Part shown: in pieces, positions 45,889 to 59,197 of the stretch
Position numbering within the stretch: position 1 is the stretch's first letter
How the letters are laid out: every line of letters starts with the position of its first letter
NCBI RefSeq assembly: GCF_009914755.1
Contig: NC_060933.1
DNA: 64,000 bases
Reading direction: 5' to 3' (one strand)
Source of the DNA: the human T2T-CHM13v2.0 reference genome, Homo sapiens
Made by a program: the position numbers and the translations under genes
Notes under the pieces: generated by a model
What the model was told of the DNA's origin: nothing
What the model saw: the letters and a program-made list of their open reading frames with translations, nothing else
The model's database searches: none

Positions 45889-46743
45889 AACTACTACATA
45901 ATCCAACAATTTCACTTCTGGATGTATGTCCAGTGAAATTGACATAAGAGTCTTAGAGAGGTGTCTGTCATCCCCTGTTCATTGCAGCATGACACACAAT
46001 GACCAAAATATGAAAATAACCTAAGTGTCCTTTGGCAGAGGAACAGATGAATGGGTAAAGAAAATGTGACGTGTATACATAAAATGAAATATTATACAAC
46101 CTTAAAAAAGAAGGAAATCCTTCTATTTGTGAAAACATGGATGGAGCTGGAAGATATTGCGCCAAGCAAAAATGCAAGGCACAGAGACAACTACTTCATG
46201 ATCACACTTACATGAGGAATCTACAACAGTCAAATTCATAAAAACAGAGAATAGGACAGTGGTTGCCAGGGGCTCAGGGAGGGGAAACGGGGTGATGTTA
46301 ATTAAATTGTGCAATGTTCAAGTTATAATAATTTCTGGAGATATAATGTACAACATGGAACAACACTGTATCATATTCTTGTGTTCTGCTAAAGGACTAG
46401 ATCATAAATTAATTACTGTCAACACACACAATGGTAAATATGTAGAGATAATATGCTAATTTGCTTGATTGTGGTGATCATTTCAAAAAGTATAGAAATA
46501 TCAAAACATTAAGTTACCTTAAATTTATACAATTTGTATATGTCATGTTATCATCATAAAGCTTTGTTAAGAAAGATTTAGTGAATCATGTCTACCACCT
46601 GGGAACTTTCTCATGACAGGGAGGGCTGGAGTAGGAAAATGGAATTTTGCAACAAGTATAGGGTGAGGGACATGGGAAATGATTGATCAAGTATTTAAGA
46701 AATGACCTGGGTGGAAGCTACATCAAAGGGTATGAGCTTTAGA

Positions 46744-47215
46744 GCATCAGTCCTCAAACTTTTTGGTTTCAGGAACACTTTACATTTTTAAAAGTTATTG
46801 AGGACCCCAAAGAGCATTTATTTATTTGGATTCTATCTATCTATATTTATCATGTTAAACATTAAAACTGAGAAATTAAAACAAATAAAATAATATATGT
46901 TTACAAATAAATCACATTTTTATTTAAAATTATCATTTTTAAGCAGTAAAGTTGGTGAGAACAGTGACGTTGTTTTATATTTTTAGGTATGTCTTTAAAG
47001 TCTGGTTTAATAGAAGAAAACTTGGTTCTCCTTTCTGCTTCTATGTTTAATTTCTTGTGACATCCCATGTCAGGTAGCCTCTGGGAAAGTCCAATTATAC
47101 TTGTGAGAGAATAAAAGTGGAAAAGGTAAACAAAAACCTGTGTATTTTTATGAAAAGACTTTTGACCTTGCAGAGCCCCTGGAAGGGACTCAGGGACTTC
47201 TCAGGGTTCTCTGGC
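46744..47215. mobile_element. Charlie1-type hAT remnant
   Basis: cagtcctcaaactttttggtttcagga..ttattgaggaccccaaagagc. Confidence 0.65.
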
Positions 47216-47227
47216 TCATGTGTTCAC

Positions 47228-47599
47228 AGAGTAGAGGTTAAGTCCGCAAGAGAAAGCAGTGATTGGCTGTGGGAGGTCTTGCTGAGAGGTGGTAGAGAAG
47301 AGGTTGGATGTGTAGAAAGTATGGTCGTTCTTTTCATTTCTTTTCCCTTTCCTTTGGCCTCTTGTTGCTGGGATCTCCTCTTTAGATGATCGTATCATAA
47401 ATTAGAAATAGCATTAATGAACATTCTTGATACTGCCTAATGAAAGTTTTTGTTTTGTCTTCCTGAGTCTTGATACATTTCAAGAAGTCTTCTATCTCAT
47501 TTATTTTTCCCACCGAAATTTGGAATTTAGGAAGAGTCGATATAGCTATATTTAGATGATTTATCTCCCTGAAGACATTTTGGGATCATTTATACATCT
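47228..47599 (-). pseudogene. Candidate internal exon of the relic gene
   Basis: ttgtttatag| MYK*SQNVFREINHLNIAISTLPKFQISVGKINEIEDFLKCIKTQEDKTKTFIRQYQE... Confidence 0.45.
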
Positions 47600-47624
47600 C
47601 TATAAACAATGCTCTGATGTTCCT

Positions 47625-48279
47625 TTATTTTGTTTAGAGACTGGGTCTTGCCGTGTTGTCTGGAGCGGAGTGGCTCGATCGTAGCTCATAATACACAATA
47701 CAATCAAACTCCTGTGCTCAAAGTGATCCTTCCACTCAGCCTCCACAGTAGCTAGGTCTGCAGGTGTGTGCCAGCACGTCTAGCTTTTGATTACTATTAT
47801 TATTTTTGTAGAAATGAGGGTTTCATTATGCTGTCCAGGCTGGTCTTCCAACTCCTGGCCTCAAGCGATCCTCCTGCCTTCTGCCGTCTGAGGAGCTGAG
47901 ATTACAGGTGTAAGCCACCGTGCTGGTCCTGATGTCATTTAAATACAAACATGATACTGTATTCCTTGTAGAAAGTGCTACATAAATATAATTTTTTTGA
48001 AATAGGGTCTTGCTGTGTCACCCAAGCTGGAAGGCAGTGGTATGATCACACTCACTGCAGCCTTGACCTGCTGGGCTTAAGTGATCCTCCCATCTCAGCC
48101 TTCCAAGTAGCTGGGACCTGAGGTATGAGCCAGGAAGCCCAGAGAATTTTTCAATTTTTGGTAAAGATCGGCGTGTCACTGTGTTGCCCAGGCTGGTCTT
48201 GAACTCTTGGGCTCAAGTTACCCTCCGCCCAGGTCTCCCAAAGTGCTGGGATTACAGGCCTGAACCACTGCACCGGGTC
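47625..48279 (-). mobile_element. Two tandem AluJ elements (47625-47928, 47992-48279)
   Basis: Two reverse dimeric Alus. Confidence 0.87.
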
Positions 48280-49648
48280 CTAAAAATTTATTCACTTTAT
48301 TTGTTTGTCCACAAGGTGCTGCTGTTTCCCTTCTAATAACATGAGACCGCTCACTCAAGAACACCAAGAACACGACATTCTCTAAAAAAAATCATAGTAG
48401 TTACTTTTCCATAACTATTAAGTTTTCAAGATGTTATCAGGTTTATCTCATAGAAAGAATGTGTAAAATTTTTCATGTAGAAACATAATCTTTTAGCAAT
48501 GAGTTAGTTAAAAAATTTGGCATTGTCAGAATGATTTCATTTTCCCTATAATTTTATTTATTATAGTTATATTTTTAGTGATATCAATTACTTTATAAAA
48601 ACTCATTGCATTATATACCCAATGACTGTGAAATCGTCTGCTTTGAAGCACAGTGAAGTCATCAATCAGCATACTGGGTCTAACACGGTCCCTTTCATTT
48701 TAAGAAAGCTATTTACACTCCAATTTGCAAGTTGGATTTTACAAAAATTAAAACATTTAGAAAATATACTAACTATGATTGTTTTAAAAAGTAATGGTTT
48801 TTTATGTTAGGGAAATAAATTGAAGCTCTGTTTTGGAAAGTGCAGAAAACAAATCAGCATCTTTATAAATAGATTTTACTGCTGGTTTAGAAATTACCTT
48901 ATGTGCTTTGTAGATGATGGAAAATGAAATCAGCTGCAGTTAGCAGTGTGCATGCATCGTACTTGCTGTGTCACTTTCAGAAAGATTATGGAACATTGGC
49001 AGGTCAGGATTCTCAAAATGATAAGTTCTAAGAAGAGGCTAAATGAAAAAGAATTTTAAAAGCAAGGCTAATTGTTTAATATATACATGGACGAGTTATG
49101 GGGAAATCCTGGACTGGGAGCTAGCAGATCTATGTTCTGACTTTTACTAAGTCATTGGCTGCTACAGCAGGACAAGCAAACATAACTGCCAAGGCTGCCT
49201 GGGAGTTGGGTTGATTGGCAATTGGCACAGGGAGAAAGGACAATTGACAGAATAATGGCCAAATAGGGTTTCATGTTCAGTGAAGCAGGACGTGCATTTG
49301 TATCCCAAGGGCAAAACTGACGCTAGAATCTGGGCCTCCTGGCTGAATCTGAGTCCACAGTCTGATGAGTAGGATGAAGTAGTCTCAGAAATCCAAGCCA
49401 GCCAGAACCCATGAGGTGTGCTCTGCAGATATTGGCTGGCGAGCTGCATTAAGACGTTTCATTCCATTGAGCAAACATTCCTTGATTGGTTAGGTTAGCA
49501 TCCCACAAGAGCAAAGACAAATTCTTCAGAATTTGTCCATGAAGCTATAGTTCCAGAGCTTATATTTCAAGGGAGGAGGGAGGAAACAGCATCTCAGGAT
49601 GGTAGGTGATTACAGCTAAACCGAATTCTGAAAATAAAAGGAACCCTA

Positions 49649-49996
49649 TGTCTTTGTCTGCTCAGGCTGCTTCTACAAACAACTGTAGACTGAGTGGCTT
49701 AAACAGCACATACTGTTTCTCACAGTTGTGGGAATTCAAAGATTAAAATCTGGGCCAGCAGAACCAGTGTCTGGTGAAGGCCCTCTTACTGGTTTGCAGG
49801 TGTTCTTGTTGTATGTTCACATGGCTGAGAGAAGAGGGCTCTAGTCTCCTACTCTTCTTATTAGGATGCTAACCCCATTGTGGGAACTCCATCCTCATCA
49901 AAACCAAATTACTTCCCAAAGGTCCTCCTTCTAATGCCATTCTATTGTTAGAGTTTCAACATGTGCATTTGTTGATGCAAACATGCAGTGCACAGC
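49649..49996 (-). mobile_element. MLT1A/MSTD-type MaLR LTR
   Basis: tgtctttgtctgctcaggctgc..gtggcttaaaca..cacagca. Confidence 0.8.
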
Positions 49997-51109
49997 ATCT
50001 TATCTAATCAAGTCAGTTGTCCCTTGAATAAAATTTTAGCTCCTATAACAAGACTTCAAATTATGACTTGGTTGTTGCCAAAACTATCTATCTGGATTTG
50101 CTAGAAATCAAACATACTTGAATATTTCCTCTAAAGATTTTCTCATTCCTACCCTATTGTGTATATTTACAGAATTCTTAAATAATTACATACTCAAGGC
50201 TTCTATTAGCTCTGACGAGAGCTTCTATTAGCTTTGACTATTGCAAGCAGCTTTATAGCACTGTAGGTAAAAGCATGTGCTTTGAAATCATACAATAAAT
50301 TTATTGAATGCTAAGCACTTTATATTCACTATTTAATTTTATCATCTTAATAACCTTCATTATTACCTCCATTAAACCCTATTTGTTGGCTAATTATATT
50401 ATTCTGATTTTGCAAATCTAAATTTGAGAGGCTTTCCCAATGTCACATAAGTTAATAAGTGGCATAGCTGGGGTTTGAATTAAAGTCTACCTGATTCCAA
50501 GATCTATTTACCATTGTTCTACAGTATGTACTTTTTAGGTCCCTGAGAATGCTAACAGCCTTTCTTTTGAAATCTGCCTTATTTCTGGATAGCAGCTTTA
50601 TTAATATGTGATTATGGCACCATATTTCAGGCAACAAAATTCTTTGAAATCTTTCATTTCCATAGTGAGATAAGGATCAGTTCTGTGGCATTGTCAGCCA
50701 GAAAACATCATTTGGAGACTATCTTGTACAAGAAGTAGAAGACACAGCTGGGGTCCTGCGGAGGACAGAAAGTTCACATCCATACCCCTTTCACTTCCTC
50801 CTCAAGGAGATGGACCTCTGTGGTTGGTCAAGCTTAAGGATCGTTTATGGGCCACAGCTAATGGTGAAATCTTCCTAACTCTAGGTGAAGATTAATGGGC
50901 AAGTTGGAGAGTTAAGGTAGCTTATGGCTGCTCCTTTTAGAAAAAGTCTGATCATTGCTCTCTTATTTGTGAAACCCCTCTGTTCCCCCAAATGCTTGGT
51001 AAGACATTCCTGAAGACCAATCCTGTGTCAGTAGACTTCATATCTACTCTCTTCTACCAATCATACAACTACAGACAAATAAGAAAAATAAAGCAAAGCT
51101 TAGACACAC

Positions 51110-51440
51110 TCCCCTGGCACGGAGGCCACTCTCTGGCTGGCTGCTTTTCTCTACCATGGCGCCTCCTGGGCATTTGGCTCTTTCTTAGATCAAACAGAGA
51201 CATGGGTTTGGGATTAAAGAGAAGTAGGTGAAAGGGGTCTCTGGCCTGTTTTGGCATTAGACCAAGTAAATAACAGAGTTCTGGCTTAAGCTCAGCTCTG
51301 TAGAGCTTTCTCTGTGTTTGGGGAAAATCTCCCATAGTAATGAAGAGGTATTTTACTGTGCTTTGTTTTCTGTACATATATCTCTTTCTTAGGTATGTTG
51401 TGAGGAGATTCATTCCCTGGACAAATGCCATCTTAATCAC
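51110..51440 (-). pseudogene. Candidate internal exon of the relic gene
   Basis: Stop-free for ~110 codons in non-repeat DNA (VIKMAFVQGMNLLTTYLRKRYMYRKQ...), within ORF 51069..51455. Confidence 0.4.
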
Positions 51441-54013
51441 CTTCATTATTACCAATTTTATTTTATTTGCAGAATAAAAATTTAAATAGACATTCAGGAA
51501 ACAAGTCTGGTGAGAGAATTATGTTATGAGGTTAATCTTTCAGCATCTGCCTTAGGGACATTGATTATTTTCCCCCTTGTTTTTCACCAAGCTCCAGGCT
51601 TGCTAAAGAATTGTGATGTGGTCTGAGGCAAACTTACTGATTGGCTAGTGGTAAGTTAAACCATAACCTGTAGAACCACTGGGAACCATTGCTTGTCACC
51701 GGCCAGAAATCCACTGTTTGGAGGTGTGCGCTGGGAAGGCTGTTCATACTTATTGATACATGCTTTGTTCTTGGCACTATGTTAAGTACTGGACACATGC
51801 AACAATTTGGAATATCGTTACATTCAACCCTCACAATAGTCTGATGTATATGTTATTAGTCCCGTATTAGAGACGAGTAAACAATATTAGAGGAAGAGAA
51901 GTACACAGCTGGAACCACACAGGCGGCACTGGGACTGGAAGCAGTTCCTTCTCACCCTGGACCACCATTTCTATGCTGTGTCTCCACTAGAGGATCCTTT
52001 CTTTGGTTCTTCTGAGTCATTAGTCATCAATAATTTATCTCCAAACTGTAGGTTTCACAGGAGGAGATGCCACTTGAAGGTTCATGGCTTAAAATGGAGA
52101 TGGAATGTGGAACATGGTGGGAAGCACCAGGAGGGGTTTATTGATAAATTTCAAGTACTTTGTGGGGCTCTGAAAGACTGTCTTCAAATTCTTTGTCCTA
52201 CTACCTCTTTCATATTCAAATGTCATATGGGTATATCTTTTGGGTTAAATTAAGGAAAATCTCCATGAAAAGTAAAAAACAAACAAACAAAAAAAACCCC
52301 AAAAGAATAGAAAGAGGTACTACGAAAAATCAACTCAGATTTCTCAGAGTTTTATTAACTCAAAGAAGCCTTGGTCCAGTTGGAAGAAGACAGAATTGAT
52401 TTTGACAATCTCTAGCAAACGCTTTAGTGTTCAATGCACTCTAGACCATGAGTATAAAGAAGTTCACTTAATAGGTTCACCAAATTAGTTAGTTTGTGTA
52501 GTTCAAAGGGAAACAGACACACAGGACTGTGAGGTTTTGACAGCTGCAAAAGGCAAGTCTGGGTCCAGTGAGCCCAGGCAGGCCATGAAGGGGCAGGGCA
52601 GGAGAAGGACGGTGCTGGGAGGCTAGGGAACTGGCCACCTCTGTGCTGGCTGAAGATCACAAAAATCAACACAGCTTTCTGCAAATGCTGCCTGTGCCTG
52701 ATGGAATTAAACAGAGCTCTGAGAAAGACAGCACCAGGGCCGAGGATGGGTCTTGAGCTGCCTACAGTCATCAATATCTTGGCCATTGGCTATGCACTCA
52801 GAGGCAATTTGACTAGCTTTCTTGATCCACACCAGAAAACTCGCTTTTGAAGTGGTTTGGAAAGCTCCAAAAGGGAAGTGCTTCATGCTATTGGTATTGC
52901 TGCCAAAAAGAAAAGATTCTGCTTTTCATCAGCTGCTGATTTTTGCTCTCTGTATTCCTCTAGCATCTGTTGCTGGTGGCCCTGGTTATGCTAACAAGTA
53001 GATAGTGTAGCTGCAGCAGCAGAACAGAAAAGACTCTCCTGGATTCTCAGTTCCAGGCTGGCCTAGGAGCAGGCTTAGGGATGTTTCAATGTTTGAATGC
53101 AGGTGAGCTGGAGATCTGTGGCAATTCTTTTGACATGAGGTTGGGCATTCTTTATAGCTTCCCCAGACACAGGAATTGGCAGGGCTTGAAAAAGAATCAC
53201 TGGCAGGAGGTTCATTTTCTTCATTGCTACCTCTCCAGCCATAAAATTAAAAGCTTTTTACCTAAATCACGTTAGCCATCTCGTGGGAGTAGGAGATCAT
53301 TTCCTTCAGAGTCTTTCCCGATTGGAGCCTAGTCCTAGGATGGTTTGAACGGTCCTTTTGAATTTGAAGAGCTTTCTAATTGATGCTTCTCATCCCCTCT
53401 CCGACCAGTCTTATTTGGTGTCATCTGCCTTTCCCCTTCCTCCCTACAAAACCTCAGAGTCTTGAAACAAAAATCTTTGTATTGTAAACTTCATCCTGTT
53501 AATTTCATCAATTCAAACGAACCTTCCCTTGTTTGAGTTTCCTCCAACTGTGTGACTTAGGGCTGTTGAACTCTTTCAAATACACAGGAAAATGGAAACC
53601 TCTTTTTGTGTCTAGTGATTGTATAATAAAACATTTTCAGATGCTAATCACATGCTTTGTGCTTTGTTAATGAATTCCAAGGATATTCTTATTTGAAAGG
53701 TTTAAAAATATAATAACTGTCATTATATCTAATTCTGTCTACATTTCTGGTGTGAAATGAGAAGTCAGTAGCCCTGCCATCTACACAGTGCATGGTTCTA
53801 CCAGCTATTTCTGTGTCACTTCAAGCAAATCACTTCTTTTCTGCCTTTTCTTTCTTTTTATGTAAAATGTGGATAACTATCTGTCTCACTGAATTCATAG
53901 AGTGACTGTATTATGTACAACAAAATTTATTGAAAAGCGTAAAGCTCTATAATTAGGTAGAATGTTACCTGTGATTTATAAGCTTTTTAAATCCTGGGGC
54001 CAGTGGAGGAAGT

Positions 54014-54057
54014 ATTCCTCTTACTGTAAAAGGACATTCCTCTTACTGTAAAAGGAC
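54014..54057. repeat. Perfect 22-bp tandem duplication
   Basis: attcctcttactgtaaaaggac x2. Confidence 0.92.
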
Positions 54058-54399
54058 ATCCCTCTAATAATCTCCCTTCTTTTCCTGACTTTTCAGGGAT
54101 TCTGTTCATTGCTTTTCCATTTGTCATCTGCATCTTCAATCTCTCTCCTTCTTGATGCATTTGGTCAGCATTTAAATATAAATTTTTCATTTAAAAAATC
54201 TTCTATCTTGGAGGAACCTTGATTTTGACTCTGTGTGTCTTTCTAGCTATCAAGCCATCTCCTCCTTTCTTGGCAAATTTTTCTCAAGGATTTTCCACAT
54301 TTACTATCTCCTTTTGCTCATTTTCCTTTCACTCTTTATTCAGGTCAGTTTGGCTTTCACTTTCATCAAGCCTATGAAACTGCTCGTGCTAAGGTCACC

Positions 54400-54745
54400 G
54401 TATAAGAGTGCTAGGGGCTTCCATCACAAGCTGCCACAGATTGAGTGGTTTATCTTCTCACAGCTCTGAAGACTGGAAATCCAGGATGGAATGTCAGCAG
54501 GTTTGCCTTCTTCTGAGAACTGCTGCCTTGCAGATGCCTCCCTTCCTGCTGTGTCCTCAGGCTGTGTTGCCTGTGTCTCAATCTCTTTTTACATGGACAC
54601 CTGCCATATTGGTTTAGGGTCCACCCATATGGCTTCATTGGACCTCACTTACCTCTTTGAATGCCTTCTCTAAATCAGTCCCTCTGAGGCAGTGGGGATC
54701 AGCTCTTCAACATAGGAATCTGGGGGGACACAATTCAGCACCCCC
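54400..54745 (-). mobile_element. MLT1A/B-type LTR within L2 remnants
   Basis: ttctcacagctctgaagactggaaatcca..gggggacacaattcag. Confidence 0.75.
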
Positions 54746-54780
54746 AGAATTGGTGATTCCTAAACATCATGAACACTATT

Positions 54781-55050
54781 CCTCTTTCTCTCTTTCTTTC
54801 CCTTTCTTTCTTTCTTTCTTTCTTTTTCTTTCTTTCTTTCTTCTCTCTCTCTTTCTTTCCTCTTTCTTTCTTTCTCCCTTCCTTCCTTCCCTTTCCTTTC
54901 CTTTCCTCGCTCTCCCTTCATTTTTTCCTTCCCTTTCCTTTCCTTTCCTTTCCCTTCCCTTCCTTTCCTTGCTCTCCCTTCCTTCTTTCCTTTCCTCGCT
55001 CTTCCTTCCTTCTTTCTTTCTTTCCTTCCTTCTCTTTCTCCCTTCCTTCC
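54781..55050. repeat. Polypyrimidine microsatellite (TTTC/CCTT/CTTTC)n at the tail of a short antisense L1 3' end (55050-55180)
   Basis: Almost pure C/T over ~270 bp, followed by gggatacatgtgcaattttgtt..catcacccaa. Confidence 0.9.
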
Positions 55051-55335
55051 ATTTATTTACTTTTGTTTATATAAAATTTATGGGATACATGTGCAATTTT
55101 GTTCCATGCATAGTGGTCAGTTCAAAGCTATTAGGATATCCATCACCCAAGTAACATATATTGTACATTTTATGTAATATATAAGTCCAATGGGGTCTCA
55201 GGAACATTCAGTAGAGTAGACCCCTGACCTCTTCCTCTAGCTTGAACTATTTTCTTATCAGCTTCTCCCTCTTTGCCCAAACTTTAAATGTTGAAGTTCC
55301 TAAATCCTGGGTCCTCTTCTGTTCTTATCCCATAC

Positions 55336-55555
55336 TAGGCTTGTCCAACCCATGGTCTGTGGGCCATGTGTGGCCCAGGACAGCTTTGAATGCAGCCCAA
55401 CACAAATTTGTAAACATTCTTCAAGCATTATAAGATATTTTATGATTTTTTTTAGCTCATCAGCTATTGTTAATATTAGTATATTTTATGTGTGGCCCAA
55501 GACAATTCTTCTTATTCGAATGTAGCCAGGGAAGCCAAAAGATTGGACACCCCTG
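55336..55555. mobile_element. MER30
   Basis: Same sequence family as 13137-13345; ends ttggacacccctg. Confidence 0.88.
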
Positions 55556-57004
55556 CCTACACAGACTCTAGACAAGGTTTTATTAATTACTATGGCTTTA
55601 GATACATTTATATGCATATGACTCCTACAGACCTCTCCTCCCAAGCTCCAAAACATTATGTGCACCTGCCATCTTGAAATCTCCACTGGGATTTTCACAG
55701 GCATGCCTAAAATCAGAATTCAAAACTCGAGTTCTGCCCCCACATCTATGCCACTTCCTCAATCATTTCCCTTTTGTTAGTTTATTTCTTTTTCAGCCTT
55801 ACCATTCTTCATAAAAATTATCTCCATTTACCCATTTGCTTCTTCCAGAAAGCATCATCATCCTTGATGCTTTCTTCTTCCTGCAACCCCCCCTACCATC
55901 ACAATTTGCAACCAATTACTGTTATTTCACCTGCAAAATATGTGCTAAAATTATCCGCTTCTGTCATCTGCATCTTTCACCTGGTCTGCAAACATATACT
56001 CCTCTTTCCAACTTTTTGCCTCTCCAATACCTTCTCTATGGCACACCCAGAGAGGTTCTTCAAAAATTTCAATTACATCATGTCTCTCCTTCGTTAAAAA
56101 ATATTTAATGATTTTCTACCCATGAAATAATTCTGCTAGACTGCAAGCTCTAAAGATGCAAGGACTAGGTTTGCCTTATTTGTTTTTGTTTATGCAGAGC
56201 CTAGCCTTGCATGTAGTAGGAACTTAACACATTGACCTAGATCTTGTCCACCTTCTCAGCCTCACCTCTCATGGAAGCACTCATAGACCTCAGTCCAGTT
56301 ACTCTTTTCTCAGATCCCTGAGCTGGCCTGGTCCAGGGCTGCCTGGGCCGTGATGCGTTCACTCCTGATTTGTTGGCTGGTATCTGCTTATATTCTTGCT
56401 ACTATAACTGATGTCCAAGGAAGTCACATAGGCATCCCTGGGAGCTTGCTAGAGCTCAGGCACCACCCTAGATCCAATGAATCAGAATCTGCATGTTGAC
56501 AAGGTCCCCAGGTGGTTCATATGTACATTCAAGTTTACGGTGCTTTGCTCTGGATCCCAGCCTGAGTGTTAGTTCTTTAAAGAGACCTTTCCCAACTGGC
56601 CAAATCTTATCAAGTCATGTGATGGATTCACCCACACGGTCTGTGATACAGAAGGGAAAAGAAGTTGAGACCTATTGATCAGAAGCTGCTCACTTTAGAG
56701 TTTTACCTAAGGGTGATCCTATCAAAAGTTCTGGATTTTGTAGAGAAGCATACAAAGTATGTGAATAGTTTGATTTGAGCACATTGAAAATTGCCAGTTT
56801 TCTTTGCTTTAACCAATGTTTGCTTTCCCTCTGGAAATCCCTTGTTACAGGTCCTTAGTTTTAGTTTGCCACATTATGACACGATGGGAATAATGCACAG
56901 CAGTGATCCTCAGTTGGTTTGGGTTTTCAATACATAATTGATCCATGGTTGTGGCATGCATTGTAGCATGTCCAACTAGAATACCTATTCTTTCAATTAC
57001 TTTC

Positions 57005-57052
57005 ATTACTTTCAATGGCAAAACCACAATTACTTTTGCACTAACCTGATAG
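57005..57052. mobile_element. MADE1 (mariner MITE) half
   Basis: aatggcaaaaccacaattacttttgcactaacct. Confidence 0.75.
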
Positions 57053-57521
57053 CTTTGCTACAAGTCAGTTGTTCAGTTTTCTTTTTTTGTTGCTGTTTGT
57101 TTTTATTTTTGCAAACACTTTAGATACTGCATAGTGGATGGATTAGTTTGTGGTTCCTGGGATCTTCTGTGTATTCTGTTGAAGCTCAATAATCACATTA
57201 CTGCGGACCTCCAAAATTTTACAAAGGACTGCACAGTGAGTATTCAGCCGATAAACTAAACCACAGCTTAATACTGTGAGATGAAATAAAGCACACCAAT
57301 TAAAAGTAAACACTGTTTAAACCTACCTCAATGAATTTCTAAAGTGTCATACATTTATTATATTCTCTACTTGTAAAATATTTTGTTGTGTGTATTGCCA
57401 AGTATTTCAGGATTTTATGGGTATAATGTATTCTATTAATTTAACTGGAAAACTTGTAGTTATTCAACAAACAAACTAAAAGTGTTGGCAGAGATGTAAT
57501 TTTAAAGCACAATCCCACTCA

Positions 57522-57653
57522 TTCGTTCAGTATTACAGCTGCTCCTTGTTTGTTTAATAATAGAACTGATGAGTAGTTAATTTGAGAGGAAAGCTGGTGC
57601 AGGTGTAGTGCTATTTGGATGTCATGGAGGACACATGTGACATCTGCAGCTAG
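57522..57653 (-). pseudogene. IQ-like exon of the relic gene
   Basis: Strong acceptor ttctgttttgcttttaccatatag; LAADVTCVLHDIQIALHLHQLSSQINYSSVLLLNK vs recalled LRRIQ3 ILAHNSPVLIVQR; donor decayed (atgagt). Confidence 0.45.
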
Positions 57654-57944
57654 CTATATGGTAAAAGCAAAACAGAAGTTAAAATCAGCCCTGTGTCAAA
57701 TCTGCATAGTTTTAGGCTTCAGGGAGTGTCTCTGTATGTTGAGGCAGGAAGTTTAGTAGAATTCCAAGGAAGTAAGAGAGGAACAAACATTTGTAGATTT
57801 TGCCTTCTATGGGGGAACTCATTCAATCATCAGGAGAACTCTTCAATAGGTTTTATTTGCTCCGGTTTACCTAGATGAAAAATTGAGACCCAGAATCCAT
57901 GCTTTTCTTTCCTGGTTACACATTAGAATCACCAATGTGACATT

Positions 57945-57947
<3 letters not shown>

Positions 57948-57985
<38 letters not shown>
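57948..57985. repeat. (CA)n microsatellite
   Basis: About 18 CA units. Confidence 0.95.
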
Positions 57986-57991
<6 letters not shown>

Positions 57992-58057
57992 CCCATTAGG
58001 ATGGCTGCTATCAAAAAAGAAAAAACAAAAAAATCAGGGGCCAGGCACGCTGGTTCA

Positions 58058-58525
<468 letters not shown>

Positions 58526-58606
58526 CTATATCTGTATCTTTATCTACCTATCTCTATCTTCAAAAGAATGGAAAGCAGTTACTCAGATACTTGTACACCT
58601 GTGTTC

Positions 58607-59197
58607 TCTCCCCACCCCCCCTTTTTTTTTTAATAAATGGGCTCTCACTGTGTTTCCCAGGCCGGAGTGCAGGGGCTGTTTATAGGCACGACCCCCTGCT
58701 GCGGGGCTGTCCACCGGCATGAACCCCTGCTGCGAGGCTGTTTATAGGCATGATCCCCCTGCTGCGGAGCTGTCCACAGGCACGGACCCCTGCTGCAGGG
58801 CTGTCCACAGGCACGACCCACTGCTGCGGGGCTGTCCACAGGCACGACCCCCTGCTGCGGGGCTGTCCACAGGCATGACCCCCTGCTGAGGGGCTGTCCA
58901 CAGGCACGATTTCCCTGCTGCGGGGCTGTCCACAGGCAGGATCTCCCTGCTGCGGGGCTGTCCACAGGCATGACCCCCTGCTGGTCAAACTGGGAGTTGT
59001 GCCCTGCTTTGTCTCCAATCCATGCCGGTTCGCCCCTCCTTAGGCAACCTGGTAGTCCCTTATCCCATGAGGTCACTGTACTAATGTCTAATTTCGTGCA
59101 GATGTCTGATCAACACTGCACACTGCAGCTCAGGACTCCTGGGCTCAAGTGATCTGAGTAGCAGGAACTACAGGCGCATGCCACCACACCTGCCTGC
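58607..59197 (-). pseudogene. 7SL (SRP RNA) retropseudogene with internal minisatellite
   Basis: Contains the non-Alu S domain ACCAGGTTGCCTAAGGAGGGGCGAACCGGC; Alu-domain ends; A tail; perfect 13-bp TSD tacacctgtgttc at 58594-58606 and 59198-59210. Confidence 0.93.
58669..58982. repeat. 31-32 bp minisatellite, 10 units
   Basis: Consensus gcggggctgtccacaggcacgaccccctgct. Confidence 0.96.

Larger units (their letters stand above)
41820..46565 (+). mobile_element. L1MA/MB-type LINE-1 (ORF2 to 3' end) with nested MER2 and AluJ
   Basis: Colinear decayed endonuclease, RT and 3'UTR sequence. Confidence 0.88.

Noticed and set aside
54657-55154. 165-aa hydrophobic ORF
   Set aside because: Translation of a CT microsatellite
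49300-57000. Extra LRRIQ3-like micro-matches (IRFSCNHL at 49.6 kb, HIPSPF*AMN at 52.1 kb, VHYSHRVI at 56.9 kb)
   Set aside because: They compete for the same LRRIQ3 positions and are out of order, showing that short by-eye matches are unreliable; not counted as family evidence
58669-58982. CRISPR-like 31-bp repeats and the repetitive ORFs over them
   Set aside because: Head-to-tail units with no spacers, derived from 7SL in primate DNA; the ORFs are by-products of the tandem repeat
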